NCBI GenBank assembly: GCA_025059945.1
Contig: JANXDC010000011.1
Span: forward strand, 16,673 to 80,672
Length of the DNA stretch: 64,000 nucleotides
Direction of reading: 5' to 3'
Source: Bacteroidota bacterium
Lineage (GTDB): Bacteria > Bacteroidota > Rhodothermia > JANXDC01
Shown here: piece by piece, positions 43,262 to 53,720 of the stretch
Numbering within the stretch: position 1 is the stretch's first letter
Layout of the letters: each line of letters opens with the position of its first letter
The notes under the pieces: generated by a model
Told to the model about the DNA's origin: nothing
The model's database searches: none
Seen by the model: the letters and a program-made list of their open reading frames with translations, nothing else
Position numbers and translations under genes: made by a program

Positions 43262-45606
43262 GCCGAATCGGGTTTATGGGGGTTTGCTGGATCGCCTGGG
43301 CCGTTCAGGCCTGGGCGCAGACCTGGGGAGTAGTGGAAGGGCGCATTTACGACCGCGCCGCCGGCCGGCCCATTCCGGCCGCGACCGTCTTGATCGTGGG
43401 CACAAACTACGGCACGGCGGCCGATGCCGAGGGGCGTTTTCGTCTGCCGGTTCCGGAGGGCCGCTACCGGGTGCGCGTGCAGGCCCTAGGATACCGACCC
43501 TGGGAGGACTCCCTCTGGGTGCGCGCCGGCCGGGTGACGACACTAGAGGTGGGGCTTCTACTACAATCCTACGAGCTAGGGCCCGTCACGATCGAACGGC
43601 CTCGGAGCGAACAAGAGGCCGGAAGCTGGTCCTTACCCAAGCGGACGCTGGAGGTCCTACCGGGCCCCTTTCAGGATCCGCTGCGGGCCCTTCAGATCCT
43701 GCCTGGGGTGGCCACGAACAACGAGCTGTCCTATCAATACCGGGTCCGAGGGGGGAACTTCGACGAGAACCTCGTCTACATCGAGGGCTTCGAAGTCTAC
43801 AAGCCCCTGCGCATCCGCCAAGGGGAGCAGGAGGGGCTAGCCCTGCCGAACCCGAACCTACTGGAAAGCATGCGTTTCTATAGCGGAGGCTTTTCGGCCG
43901 CCTACGGGGATCGGATGAGCTCCGCCTTGGAGGTGCGCTATCGACGCCCGGAGCGGCTCGAACTGGGCGCCTACGCCGGGCTGTTGGAGGCCGGCGGCTA
44001 CGTGGGCGCGGGCCACAGGGGGGCCTTCGTGCTTGCGGGAACGCGCTACGCGCAGGCCGGATACCTGTTCGGAAGCCAGGAGCTTAAAGGCCGCTATAAC
44101 CCCCGCTTCTGGGACCTGCAGCTTTGGTCCGGCTTAGAGCGCGGGCCCCTGAGGGTGGAGTTTTTGGGGCTGTGGGCGCAAAACCGATTCGAGCTTGTCC
44201 CCTCACAGCGCCGCACCTATTACGGCACGTATCGAGACCTGCGCAGCCTGTGGCTTTCCTATGACGGCCGGGAATCGGATAGCTACCAAAGCGGCCTGCT
44301 TGGGCTAAGGCTGCGCTATCGGTTGGGCTCGCGCTGGGATGCGGAGCTGGAGGCAGCCGGGTACGCGACCCGCGAACAAGAACGCTACCTCTTAAACGGG
44401 CAGGCCACCTTGTATCGCATCCTCAGACCGGAGCAGGACGATCCCTCCAGGGCGGAGCACGTGCCCATCGGCTACGCCTGGCAGCGGGAGACGGCCAATA
44501 GCTGGGTGCGCCTCCGCGAAGGGCGTTGGGCCCTGGGCGCGCGCTACAGCACCCGCTCTTGGCTTGGGGAGGCCAAGGCCACCTACCGGATGCTCCATGC
44601 GGCCGATCACCTGCAAGAGATCGTGCAGGTGCGGCGGGCCGATTCCCTGTATACGCTGCAACGCATCGAGGGGGCGCTTAGCGCCACCTGGCCTCGATGG
44701 GAGCTATACGGAAACCTCCTGTGGTCGCGGGCCTTGGCCGTGCTGCAGCTTGGTCTGCGCTACACCTGGGACGGCCGCACGGCCGAGGGCGTTTGGTCGC
44801 CCCGAATACGGGCGACCTACCGACACGATGAACGCACCAGCGCATACGCGGCTTGGGGGCTATACGCTCAACCCCCATTGTACGCGGAGTGGCGCGACCT
44901 GGAGGGGCGGCCCGCTTCGGAGCTCCGGGCGCAGCGCGCCTGGCACTACGTGATCGGCTTGCAGCGTTTTTTTGAGCGCAACCGCTGGTCGCTTCAGGTG
45001 GAGGCTTACTACAAGGTTCTGCGCGAGTTGATCCCCTTTCAGGTGCGCAACCTGCGCCTGCTTTACGAGGGGTCCAATAGCGCCCATGGATACGCCTACG
45101 GGCTGGATGTGCACCTGCGGGGTGAGTGGGTGCCGGGGCTGGAGAGCTACGTAAGCTATAGTTACCTGGTAACCCGGGAGCGCCTGCAAGGGGAGGCGGT
45201 CTGGGTTCCCCGGCCCACGGACCAGCGCCACACAGTGGCCGTGCTGTTTCAGGATTACGTGCCCGGGGACGTCCGCTGGCAGGTGCACGTGAAGCTGCTC
45301 TTCGGCACGGGCGTGCCTTATACGCCTCCCAACCCCGACGTGCTCTCCGGCCAACCCAGGCCAGGGCCTCGCAACGCCGCGCGTTTTCCGGAATATAAGC
45401 GCGTGGACGTGGGCTTAACGCGCCAGGTCGCGCTTGCGCCCGGGTGGCGGGCGTACGCGTCGGCGGAGGTTTTGAACCTCTTCGACATGGTCAACACGAT
45501 AGCCTACGCCTGGTACGTGGACGCGCAAGGGGCCTGGCAGCGCGTGCCCACGCGCCTCACGCCCCGCCTGGTCAATTTCCGATTGCGCCTTCTGCACGAG
45601 GAATAA
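43258..45606 (+). CDS. TonB-dependent receptor with N-terminal CarboxypepD_reg domain
   Basis: 782 aa with a signal peptide. GRIYDRAAGRPIPAATVLIVGTNYGTAADAEGRFRL (carboxypeptidase regulatory-like fold), then plug and barrel. ATGA overlap with the hutH stop. Confidence 0.88.
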   Translation: MSRIGFMGVCWIAWAVQAWAQTWGVVEGRIYDRAAGRPIPAATVLIVGTNYGTAADAEGRFRLPVPEGRYRVRVQALGYRPWEDSLWVRAGRVTTLEVGLLLQSYELGPVTIERPRSEQEAGSWSLPKRTLEVLPGPFQDPLRALQILPGVATNNELSYQYRVRGGNFDENLVYIEGFEVYKPLRIRQGEQEGLALPNPNLLESMRFYSGGFSAAYGDRMSSALEVRYRRPERLELGAYAGLLEAGGYVGAGHRGAFVLAGTRYAQAGYLFGSQELKGRYNPRFWDLQLWSGLERGPLRVEFLGLWAQNRFELVPSQRRTYYGTYRDLRSLWLSYDGRESDSYQSGLLGLRLRYRLGSRWDAELEAAGYATREQERYLLNGQATLYRILRPEQDDPSRAEHVPIGYAWQRETANSWVRLREGRWALGARYSTRSWLGEAKATYRMLHAADHLQEIVQVRRADSLYTLQRIEGALSATWPRWELYGNLLWSRALAVLQLGLRYTWDGRTAEGVWSPRIRATYRHDERTSAYAAWGLYAQPPLYAEWRDLEGRPASELRAQRAWHYVIGLQRFFERNRWSLQVEAYYKVLRELIPFQVRNLRLLYEGSNSAHGYAYGLDVHLRGEWVPGLESYVSYSYLVTRERLQGEAVWVPRPTDQRHTVAVLFQDYVPGDVRWQVHVKLLFGTGVPYTPPNPDVLSGQPRPGPRNAARFPEYKRVDVGLTRQVALAPGWRAYASAEVLNLFDMVNTIAYAWYVDAQGAWQRVPTRLTPRLVNFRLRLLHEE

Positions 45607-45751
45607 TCGCGACCTCCCCCGATTCCGTTGATAGCTTGCTTTCCAAGGCCGCTGCGCTGTATTTTCGGCGCGCTTCGGTTCCCGCAGGCGGATGCGTCCG
45701 CCAGCGGGGGCCGATCCCGAAAAAACTCGCACCCAATCGGAGGTCGGTCGC

Positions 45752-46294
45752 ATGGAGGCTTGTGCCGCCCGCCGGGTGCTGCGCTGGATCGGCCTTGGCG
45801 TCCTTATAACGGGATGTTACATCTCCTCGGTGCGCCGATCCGGGGCCACCCCATCAGATACTCCTAAGCCCGCGCTCATCTACGCCAACCTAGAGGCCCG
45901 CTTGCGACAGGAGGTAGCCCAATGGCAGGGCGTGCCCTATCGGTTGGGGGGGTTGCATATGCAGGGGGTGGACTGCTCGGCGTTCGTGCAGAACGTCTTC
46001 GTTGGGCTCTTTGGCCTGTATCTGCCGCGCAATACGGCCCAACAAGCCCGTTTCGGGCGTACCGTGCAGCGGGATGCCCTGCGTCCTGGAGATCTGGTGT
46101 TCTTCCATATCGGCCGGCGCACCCGGCACGTCGGCATCTACCTGGGTCAGGACGAATTCGCCCATGCCTCGCGCTCCCAGGGGGTTATCGTATCCCGCCT
46201 AAGCGAGCCCTACTGGGCCAAACGTTACTGGATAGCCCGGCGTGTGCTTGAGGTGCGCGCAGACTCGGTTGACTCGGCTGGCCAGGTCTTCTAA
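45752..46294 (+). CDS. NlpC/P60 (C40) peptidoglycan endopeptidase lipoprotein
   Basis: Trimmed to MEACAARRVLRWIGLGVLITGC (lipobox). Catalytic GVDCSAFV and RHVGIY. Confidence 0.88.
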   Translation: MEACAARRVLRWIGLGVLITGCYISSVRRSGATPSDTPKPALIYANLEARLRQEVAQWQGVPYRLGGLHMQGVDCSAFVQNVFVGLFGLYLPRNTAQQARFGRTVQRDALRPGDLVFFHIGRRTRHVGIYLGQDEFAHASRSQGVIVSRLSEPYWAKRYWIARRVLEVRADSVDSAGQVF

Positions 46295-46297
46295 CTT
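46269..46297 (+). promoter_or_regulatory. Candidate promoter for tRNA-Gln, overlapping the NlpC/P60 stop codon
   Basis: TTGACT-17 nt-TAACTT. The -10 ends 15 nt before the mature tRNA 5' end. Confidence 0.45.
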
Positions 46298-46312
46298 TGT
46301 TTTTCCACAGCT

Positions 46313-46383
46313 TGCCCGGTCGTCTAATGGCAGGACAGCGGCCTTTGGAGCCGTATGTGGAGGTTCGAGTCCTCCCCGGGCAG
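46313..46383 (+). tRNA. tRNA-Gln (anticodon UUG)
   Basis: Cloverleaf folded by hand. Acceptor TGCCCGG/CCGGGCA, D-arm GTCT-AATGGCA-GGAC, anticodon arm GCGGC-CTTTGGA-GCCGT, T-arm GGAGG-TTCGAGT-CCTCC, discriminator G. CCA is not encoded. Confidence 0.9.
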
Positions 46384-46464
46384 CCGAGCCTGGGGCGGAG
46401 GGCGCGCTAAAGGCCCACCGCGTTCCAGTTTTTTCGCGTGTTTCCCTATAGCGTCCCGACCGCC

Positions 46465-47421
46465 ATGATATCCACCGTTGTGGAGCGCCCCATAGGGATT
46501 TTCGCCGGACGTTCTAATGTAGCCCTAGCTGAGCGCATTGCCGCCTGTTTCGGGCAACCTCTGGGGCAGATCACGATCCGCAACTTCTCGGATGGGGAGA
46601 TCTACGTGCGCTTTGAGGAGTCCATCCGCGGTATGGACATCTATTTGATTCAGTCCACCCATCCGGGGGCGGAGAACTGGCTGGAATTGCTGCTCATGAT
46701 CGACGCGGCCCGGCGGGCCTCGGCCGATCGCATCACGGCCGTGATCCCCTACTTTGGCTATGCCCGTCAGGACCGCAAGGATCAACCGCGGGTATCGATC
46801 GCCAGCAAGCTCATGGCGGATCTGCTGACCACAGCCGGGGTGAACCGGGTGTTGACCATGGATCTGCACGCACCCCAGATCCAGGGCTTCTTCAACATCC
46901 CCGTCGATCACCTTTATGGAAGCGCGGTGCTTGTGGAGCATTTTCGCCGCATGGCGATCCCCGATCTAACCGTGGTAGCCCCGGATGTGGGCAGCCTGAA
47001 GATGGCCCGTTCTTATGCCAAAAGGCTCAATGCGGAGTTGGCCTTTATCGACAAGCGCCGGCCACAACCCAATGAGGCCGAAGTGCTTAACATTATCGGC
47101 CAGGTCAAAGGGCGCAACGTCTTGATCGTTGATGATCTCATCGACACCGCTGGCACGCTGGTTAACGCCGCCCGGGCCCTAAAGGCGGCGGGGGCCCTGG
47201 CGATCCGGGCTGCGGCCACGCATCCGATTTTTTCGGGCCGGGCTTACGAGCGCATCGAGGAGACCGAGGAGCTGCTCTCCGTAACGGTCACGGATACGGT
47301 GCCCTTACGTCGGCCTTCACCCAAGATCGAAGTCCTCAGCGTGGCCGAGGTTTTCGCCGACGCCATCCGGCGAATTTACCTACATGAGTCCGTCAGTACG
47401 CTCTTCGCCGTTGAGGAATAG
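46465..47421 (+). CDS. prs: Ribose-phosphate pyrophosphokinase
   Basis: ORF 46438-47421 (GTG); the ATG at 46465 is preferred. Motifs FSDGE, PYFGYARQDRK, DLHAPQIQGFF, VDDLIDTAGT. Confidence 0.93.
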   Translation: MISTVVERPIGIFAGRSNVALAERIAACFGQPLGQITIRNFSDGEIYVRFEESIRGMDIYLIQSTHPGAENWLELLLMIDAARRASADRITAVIPYFGYARQDRKDQPRVSIASKLMADLLTTAGVNRVLTMDLHAPQIQGFFNIPVDHLYGSAVLVEHFRRMAIPDLTVVAPDVGSLKMARSYAKRLNAELAFIDKRRPQPNEAEVLNIIGQVKGRNVLIVDDLIDTAGTLVNAARALKAAGALAIRAAATHPIFSGRAYERIEETEELLSVTVTDTVPLRRPSPKIEVLSVAEVFADAIRRIYLHESVSTLFAVEE

Positions 47422-47439
47422 TCGCAGGAGCACGATCCG

Positions 47440-48027
47440 ATGGAGGTTTTGCAAGTAGAGGCCAGGCCGCGTCAAGTGCGCAAAAACGAGGCTCGTCGGT
47501 TGCGCAAACAAGGATGGGTACCCGCCGTGGTCTACGGGCACGGCGAACCTACGCGTCACATAGCCGTTCGGCCTCTGGCTCTTCGGCCTTTAATGCGCGG
47601 CCGCGCGGCCTATTTGGTTCGGCTGCAGCTTCCCGATGCCCCGGCGCTGCTGTGCGTCTCCAAGGCGATCCAGTTTCATCCGGTCACCGATGAGCCCATG
47701 CACGTGGACTTTCAGGTGCTGCACCCGGATGAAAAGGTCAGCCTGGAGGTGCCCGTGCGGCTTGTGGGCTCAGCCCGCGGGGTCTTGGAGGGGGGTAAGC
47801 TCGTACAGCCGATGCACACGCTGCGCATCCGGGTGCTGCCCAGCCAAATCCCCGATCATATCGACGTGGACGTCTCCGGGCTTCGGATCGGCCAGGCGCT
47901 GCACGTGCGGGAGCTAGATCTGCCCGCCTACATCGAGGTTGAGGCTGACCCCGAGGCCGTCGTGGTCACCGTACAGGGCAAGGCATCTGAAGAGACCGAA
48001 TCCCAATCCGAGCAATCCCTCGCTTAA
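47440..48027 (+). CDS. rplY: 50S ribosomal protein L25 / general stress protein Ctc
   Basis: 195 aa. RKQGWVPAVVYG N-terminal motif and an acidic C-terminal tail. Conserved prs-rplY-pth gene order. Confidence 0.9.
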   Translation: MEVLQVEARPRQVRKNEARRLRKQGWVPAVVYGHGEPTRHIAVRPLALRPLMRGRAAYLVRLQLPDAPALLCVSKAIQFHPVTDEPMHVDFQVLHPDEKVSLEVPVRLVGSARGVLEGGKLVQPMHTLRIRVLPSQIPDHIDVDVSGLRIGQALHVRELDLPAYIEVEADPEAVVVTVQGKASEETESQSEQSLA

Positions 48028-48030
48028 CGC

Positions 48031-48603
48031 ATGGCGTTGGTGGTCGGATTGGGCAATCCCGGATCTGCCTATGCGGCGACGCGACATAACGTGGGCTTTC
48101 GGGTCCTCGATGAGCTCGCCCGCCAAGAAGGGGCACGCTTTCGGGCTGGAGCCGGGGATTATTGGGAAGCAAAGGTCAGGCTTGGTGATCAGCCTGTCTG
48201 GCTCATCAAGCCCACCACGTACATGAACCGAAGCGGCCGGGCCGTCGTCCAGGCTCTCGGTCGCTATTCGGAGCCGCTAGAGCGGCTGCTGGTCGTTGTG
48301 GACGATCTGCACTTGCCTTTGGGCACGCTGCGGATGCGCCCCAAGGGCTCCGCCGGCGGCCACAACGGCCTGGCCGACATCATCGCACACCTTCGCACAG
48401 AGGCCTTTCCGCGGCTGCGGTTGGGTATCGGGGCGCCTCCCCTCGAAGGCCAGCAAGCGGCTTTCGTGCTCTCTCCATTTGACCCAGCCGAGGTTCCGCT
48501 GGCTGAACGCATGATTCAGGTGGCGGCCGACGCCGTACGGTGTTGGGCCACCGAGGGGCTGCAGGCGGCCATGAACCGATACAACGGATCGGTGGCGCGC
48601 TGA
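48031..48603 (+). CDS. pth: Peptidyl-tRNA hydrolase
   Basis: 190 aa. [19 protein letters not shown] and GSAGGHNGL motifs. Confidence 0.94.
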   Translation: MALVVGLGNPGSAYAATRHNVGFRVLDELARQEGARFRAGAGDYWEAKVRLGDQPVWLIKPTTYMNRSGRAVVQALGRYSEPLERLLVVVDDLHLPLGTLRMRPKGSAGGHNGLADIIAHLRTEAFPRLRLGIGAPPLEGQQAAFVLSPFDPAEVPLAERMIQVAADAVRCWATEGLQAAMNRYNGSVAR

Positions 48604-48637
48604 GCGAAGATCGCGCACAGAAGGGAGTCTGCGTTCC

Positions 48638-50710
48638 ATGGAGTGGATCCATTACCTGATCCCGCTGACGGGGCTTATCGCCCTGGGTTATGCCTTATGG
48701 CGCTCCGCGTGGGTAGCCCGACAAGATGCAGGCACGCCGGAGATGCAGGCTATTGCCGGGGCCATCGCAGAGGGTGCACGCGCTTTCTTGAGGCGCGAAT
48801 ATCGGGTGCTTTTCTGGTTTGTGCTCGTTCTAGCTGTGCTTCTGGTGTTGGCCAACCGAGACAACCCCGGCACCTCTCCACTTATCGCGCTCTCCTTCGT
48901 AACGGGGGCCTTCTGTTCGGGCTTGGCGGGGTTCCTAGGTATGCGCGTGGCCACGCTGGCGAACGTGCGCACCACACAGGCTGCGCGTACCAGTTTAAAT
49001 CAGGCCCTGCGCATGGCCTTCTCCGGCGGATCCGTTATGGGCATGAGCGTAGTGGGTCTGGGTGTGCTGGGCCTGGGCCTGCTTTTTTTGTTCTACACCC
49101 GCCTGGATTGGTCGATCGAGCGGGTCATCAACGTGATTTCGGGCTTTTCGCTCGGCGCCTCCTCGATTGCGCTCTTCGCCCGCGTTGGCGGGGGCATCTA
49201 CACGAAGGCCGCTGATGTGGGCGCGGACCTAGCCGGAAAGGTTTACGAGGGCATTCCCGAGGATGACCCCCGAAATCCGGCCGTGATCGCGGACAACGTG
49301 GGCGACAACGTCGGAGACGTGGCGGGCATGGGGGCGGACCTGTTCGAATCCTACGTGGGGTCGATCGTAAGCGCTATGGTGTTGGGGGCACTTTTTGTGG
49401 GGCTGCCCGAATTCAGCGGGGCTAGCCAGCTTAACGCTGTGCTGCTGCCCTTGGTGCTAGCCGGGGCCGGAATCGTGATTTCACTCCTGGGCACGGCCTT
49501 TGTTCGCGTCCGCGAGGGCGATAACCCCCAAAAGGGCCTCAACTGGGGCATTTTCGGGGCCGCCGTCCTTATGGTGCCGACCACCTACGCGATCGTCTGG
49601 GCCCTGCTGCCCGCTGAATGGTACTTTGAAGACCGCCTGTACACGGCCAACGGAGTCTTCGGGGCCACGCTGATCGGGCTCGCCGTGGGCGTCCTGATCG
49701 GTCTTTCGACGGAGTACTACTGCTCACCATACCGACGGCCTGTGCTTTCGATCGTGCGCCAGAGCGTTACGGGTCCAGCCACCAACATCATCGCCGGTCT
49801 GGGCGTGGGGATGGAGTCGACAGCCATTCCCCTGGTGCTGATCGGCTTCGGGATCTTGGGCGCCTACACGCTGGCGGGGTTATACGGCATCGCCTTAGCC
49901 GCCCTGGGAATGCTTTCCGTTACGGGCATTCAGCTCGCCACAGACGCATACGGACCTATAGCGGACAACGCGGGGGGGATTGCGGAGATGAGCCACCAAC
50001 CCCCGGAGGTGCGCGGCCGCACAGATAAGCTCGACGCGGTGGGCAACACGACGGCCGCTATTGGAAAGGGTTTCGCCATCGGATCGGCTGCGCTCACGGC
50101 CTTGGCCCTGTTTGCTGCCTTCCAACAGCAGGCGCAGATCCCTGTGATCAACCTTACCGAGGCCCATGTGATGGCCGGGCTTTTTATCGGCGCCGTCCTG
50201 CCGTTTCTGTTTAGCTCCTTTGCGATAGGAGCCGTGGGCCGCGCAGCCAAACAGATGATCCTCGAGGTGGGCCGGCAGTTTCGGGAGATCCCGGGCCTGC
50301 GCGAGGGCAAGGCGCGCCCCGAATACGCCCGGTGCGTGGACATCTCCACGCGCGCGGCCATCAAAGAGATGATTCCGCCCGGCCTCATGGCTATCCTGGT
50401 GCCCACTGCGATCGGGTTCATCGACAAGAACATGCTCGCTGGCCTGCTGGCGGGCGTGGTGGTAAGCGGGGTGCTGCTGGCCATCTTTCAGGCCAACGCC
50501 GGCGGGGCCTGGGACAACGCCAAAAAACGCGTCGAGGAAGGCATCGAACTAGAGGGGGTCCTCTACAAAAAGGGCACGGAGACGCACAAGGCCACGGTTG
50601 TGGGGGACACCGTGGGGGATCCGCTCAAGGACACCTCCGGGCCCTCGCTGAACATCCTGATCAAGCTTATCTCCGTTATCTCTCTTGTTATCGCGCCTCT
50701 GATCGCCTAA
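48638..50710 (+). CDS. hppA: Membrane-bound proton/sodium-translocating pyrophosphatase
   Basis: 690 aa, polytopic. [23 protein letters not shown] and [17 protein letters not shown] signatures. Confidence 0.95.
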   Translation: MEWIHYLIPLTGLIALGYALWRSAWVARQDAGTPEMQAIAGAIAEGARAFLRREYRVLFWFVLVLAVLLVLANRDNPGTSPLIALSFVTGAFCSGLAGFLGMRVATLANVRTTQAARTSLNQALRMAFSGGSVMGMSVVGLGVLGLGLLFLFYTRLDWSIERVINVISGFSLGASSIALFARVGGGIYTKAADVGADLAGKVYEGIPEDDPRNPAVIADNVGDNVGDVAGMGADLFESYVGSIVSAMVLGALFVGLPEFSGASQLNAVLLPLVLAGAGIVISLLGTAFVRVREGDNPQKGLNWGIFGAAVLMVPTTYAIVWALLPAEWYFEDRLYTANGVFGATLIGLAVGVLIGLSTEYYCSPYRRPVLSIVRQSVTGPATNIIAGLGVGMESTAIPLVLIGFGILGAYTLAGLYGIALAALGMLSVTGIQLATDAYGPIADNAGGIAEMSHQPPEVRGRTDKLDAVGNTTAAIGKGFAIGSAALTALALFAAFQQQAQIPVINLTEAHVMAGLFIGAVLPFLFSSFAIGAVGRAAKQMILEVGRQFREIPGLREGKARPEYARCVDISTRAAIKEMIPPGLMAILVPTAIGFIDKNMLAGLLAGVVVSGVLLAIFQANAGGAWDNAKKRVEEGIELEGVLYKKGTETHKATVVGDTVGDPLKDTSGPSLNILIKLISVISLVIAPLIA

Positions 50711-51527
50711 ACGGCGGGGCTGCGACGCCCTCTGGGCCTTGTGGCCCCTTTGAGTCGGGGCTTTCAAGCCGGGTGCCCTTTTCCAGGGAGGCTAGGGCCT
50801 CCACGGGTCCGATCCAGACCCGCAGGCCCTCTGTTGCCGCCCGCAGGGCGGCTTCGATCTTGGGGCGCATGCCGTCGCGGATCCAGCCCGCCTTAAGCCC
50901 CTCTTGGGCTCTGTGGGTCGAGAGCCTCTGGATCGGACGTCCTACTTCGTCCCATACGCCCTCAGAGGCCGCAAGCCAGAGCAAGGCTTGGGACCTCAGC
51001 GCAAGAGCCACCTCCACGGCCACGGTGTCGGCGTTGACGTTGTATAGCTGGCCTTCGGCGTCTATTCCGAGCGGCGCAACCACGGGCAGATAGCCGGCCC
51101 GAAGCAGGGTGTACAGAAGCCCCGGACGAACGCCCCATACGTCGCCCACGTAGCCGAAGTCCACTAAGCCGCTTGCCGTCTGTTGGGGCGGTCGGCGCCT
51201 GACCTGCAACAGGCCGCCATCGGCTCCGGAAAGCCCGACGGCGGGCAGCCCGACGGACTGAGCCTGGGCCACAAGCCGTCGATTGAGCTCACCGCATACG
51301 GTCCACAACAGAATGCGCAGGTCCAGGTCGGTGGTCAGGCGGCGGCCCTCGACGAAGCGCGGCCCGTGGCCGATGGCGTGCGCCAGGTCCGTGGCTTGTT
51401 TGCCGCCTCCGTGCACGAGCACGACCGGGGCGCGAGCCCACCAGAAGCCAACGCCCTTCCACAGGGCCTGAAGCCGCTCTTCGGCCTCCAGCACCTCGCC
51501 GCCGACTTTGATCACGACAGGTTCCAT
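50688..51527 (-). CDS. argB: Acetylglutamate kinase
   Basis: ORF 50688-51767 trimmed to [13 protein letters not shown]. An alternative GTG at 51515 would give a GTGA overlap with the argF' stop. Amino-acid-kinase family motifs. The 3' end overlaps convergent hppA by 23 nt. Confidence 0.88.
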   Translation of the reverse strand: MEPVVIKVGGEVLEAEERLQALWKGVGFWWARAPVVLVHGGGKQATDLAHAIGHGPRFVEGRRLTTDLDLRILLWTVCGELNRRLVAQAQSVGLPAVGLSGADGGLLQVRRRPPQQTASGLVDFGYVGDVWGVRPGLLYTLLRAGYLPVVAPLGIDAEGQLYNVNADTVAVEVALALRSQALLWLAASEGVWDEVGRPIQRLSTHRAQEGLKAGWIRDGMRPKIEAALRAATEGLRVWIGPVEALASLEKGTRLESPDSKGPQGPEGVAAPPFRRSEAR

Positions 51528-52534
51528 ACCCACTCCAAGATAGCCTTCTGCGCATGCAGGCGGTATTCGGCCTGCACCAGATGGCGCGCCCAGGGCCCAT
51601 CGAGCACGGCGTCGTCTACCACGACATTGCGCCGCACGGGCAAGCAGTGCATGAAAACGGCCTCTCGAGTCCGGCGCATGCGGGCCTCTGTTACGCGCCA
51701 GTCCCGCAGCGAAAGCCGAAGCTGGGACTCGGCCTCTGGGTCGGTGTAGGCGAGCCTGCCGCCCCACGCCTTGGCGTAGACCACCTCGGCGCCCTCAAAA
51801 GCCTCATCCAACGCGTCGGTTTCGCGCACCTCTAGCCCATGTTGGGCCGCGTATTGGCGCGCTAGGGCCATCACCTCGGGGTCCAGCTCGTAGCCGGCGG
51901 GGCGGGCTATGGTGACGCGCATGCTCAGGCGAGTGGCCATAAGCAGGGCCGAGTTGGGCACCGCCATGGGAAGCGCCTTGGGATGGTAGGCCCAGGTGAG
52001 CAGAAAAGAACGGCCCGCAAGGCGTTCTCGAAACAGGTCCATCAAGGTGGCCGCATCCCCCAGGGCCTGACACGGGTGCCAGAAGGCGGACTCGAGGTTG
52101 ATGATGGGCACGCTCGCGGCGCGCACGATCCGGCGCAAGAAGGCCTCAGAGCGGTCCTGTTCGTAATCCCGCAAGGAGGCGAAGGCGCGCACGCCTATGG
52201 CGTCGTAGTAGCGCGATAGAACCCCGATGGCCTCCTGGATGTGCTCCGCCTCCGGGCCCTCCATCACGACCCCATCGCGCCACTCAAAGCCCCAGGTTCC
52301 TTGACCGGGCACGAGCACCGAGACGTGCGCGCCCAGTTGCGCGGCCGCTAACTCCATAGAGGTGCGCGTGCGCAGGGAAGGGTTGAAGAAAAGCAGAGCG
52401 ATCGCGCGGCCTCGGGCTCGGTCCGTCCAGCGCCGCTCGCGCGCGAAGCGGCGCGCCGCCTCCAGGCGGTCCCACCAGAGGGCCTCATCGAGCAGGTGCC
52501 AATCGATAAGGTGGCGCAAGCTCTCAGGAGGCAT
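51512..52534 (-). CDS. argF: N-acyl-L-ornithine carbamoyltransferase (argF' type: N-acetyl- or N-succinyl-ornithine)
   Basis: 340 aa. FFNPSLRTRTS, HPCQ and HCLPVRR carbamoyltransferase motifs. No OTCase DxxxSMG loop; YAKAWGG instead, as in the AOTCase/SOTCase clade. Confidence 0.85.
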   Translation of the reverse strand: MPPESLRHLIDWHLLDEALWWDRLEAARRFARERRWTDRARGRAIALLFFNPSLRTRTSMELAAAQLGAHVSVLVPGQGTWGFEWRDGVVMEGPEAEHIQEAIGVLSRYYDAIGVRAFASLRDYEQDRSEAFLRRIVRAASVPIINLESAFWHPCQALGDAATLMDLFRERLAGRSFLLTWAYHPKALPMAVPNSALLMATRLSMRVTIARPAGYELDPEVMALARQYAAQHGLEVRETDALDEAFEGAEVVYAKAWGGRLAYTDPEAESQLRLSLRDWRVTEARMRRTREAVFMHCLPVRRNVVVDDAVLDGPWARHLVQAEYRLHAQKAILEWVWNLS

Positions 52535-53720
52535 AGGCTGGCTCCGTTCGGGCGATCCGGGCTAAGGCCCGCTCGAAAGCCTCCAGGAACAGCTCGATGT
52601 CCGCTTCCGAAAGCACAAGCGGGGGAAGCAGGCGGATGGTGTTGGGATGTTCCGAGCCGCCCACGAGCACCCCCTCCTGCCGCAGGGCAGCGATCACGGG
52701 CCCGGCGGGGCCCGGAAGCTCGACGCCGATCAAGCAGCCTCGGCCGCGCACGGCGCGCACGCGCCCAGCAAGCCCATCGCGGATGCGGGTGAAGATCTCG
52801 GGGGCGCGGGCCATCCAGTTGCCCTGTCGCAGCATCCGGAGCGTAGCCGCAACCGCGGCCATGGCGAGCATCCCGCCCCCGAAGGTCGTGCCCTGATCGC
52901 CAGGTCGCACGGTCTCGGCTATGCGCTCGGAGACGAGCACGGCTCCCACGGGCACGCCCGAGCCCAGGCTTTTGGCGAGCGCGATCAGATCGGGCCGCAT
53001 GCCGTAGGCCTCCGAGACGGAGAACGTGCCGGTTCGGCCCACGCCGGTCTGCACTTCATCGAAGATGAGCAGCACTTCGTGCGCATCGCATAGCCTGCGC
53101 AGCTCCCGATAGTACCCCGAGGGGGCCTCGTAGACCCCCGCCATGCTTTGGATGGGCTCCAGGATAACGGCCGCTATGTCGCGGCGCCGCCGCAGAAGTT
53201 CTTTAAGAGGGACCAGTTCGCCGAAGGGCACAAAGTACGTCTCGGGCAACACGGCCCTGTAGGGCCTTCGATAGGCCTGCCCCCAGGTCACGGCCAGGCT
53301 GCCCAGCGTGCGGCCGTGAAAATCCCCTCGCATGGCCACCACGCCGCTGCGGCCCGTGTAGGCCCGCGCCAGCTTAAGGGCCGTCTCCACGGCCTCTGTG
53401 CCGGAGTTGCAGAAGAAAACTTTCTTGAGCCCCTCCGGAGCCAGTTCGGCCAGTTCGCGGGCGGCCTCGGCGCGCACAGGGCTGTAGACCACGTTGGAGT
53501 AAAACACAAGATGCTGCGTCTGTCGGCAGATAGCCTCCACCACGGGCGGCGGATTATGCCCCAGCAAGGTGACGCAGTGGCCTCCGTAAAGATCCAGATA
53601 ACGCCGGCCCTCCACGTCCCACACGTAGGCGCCTTCGCCCCGCACCAGCGCCAAGGGCCATTTCTGGTAGGTGGGCAGTTCGTAGGTCTCCTCCAGAAGG
53701 CGAGTGTGCTCAAAGCTCAT
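52524..53720 (-). CDS. argD: Acetylornithine/succinylornithine aminotransferase (class III PLP)
   Basis: 398 aa. GSEAVE-like NSGTEAVE, IFDEVQTGVGRTG, and the PLP-Lys region LAKSLGSG. 11-nt overlaps with both neighbours. Confidence 0.92.
   Translation of the reverse strand: MSFEHTRLLEETYELPTYQKWPLALVRGEGAYVWDVEGRRYLDLYGGHCVTLLGHNPPPVVEAICRQTQHLVFYSNVVYSPVRAEAARELAELAPEGLKKVFFCNSGTEAVETALKLARAYTGRSGVVAMRGDFHGRTLGSLAVTWGQAYRRPYRAVLPETYFVPFGELVPLKELLRRRRDIAAVILEPIQSMAGVYEAPSGYYRELRRLCDAHEVLLIFDEVQTGVGRTGTFSVSEAYGMRPDLIALAKSLGSGVPVGAVLVSERIAETVRPGDQGTTFGGGMLAMAAVAATLRMLRQGNWMARAPEIFTRIRDGLAGRVRAVRGRGCLIGVELPGPAGPVIAALRQEGVLVGGSEHPNTIRLLPPLVLSEADIELFLEAFERALARIARTEPAYAS

Noticed and set aside
50688-51767. 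80-aa N-terminal extension of argB, and similar long extensions of purM (40007-40339), argC (54739-54966) and hyuB (3507-3596)
   Set aside because: The extensions overlap upstream genes and are Arg/Gly/Ala-rich. The conserved family N-termini coincide with internal ATGs that form typical stop/start overlaps or have SD sites.
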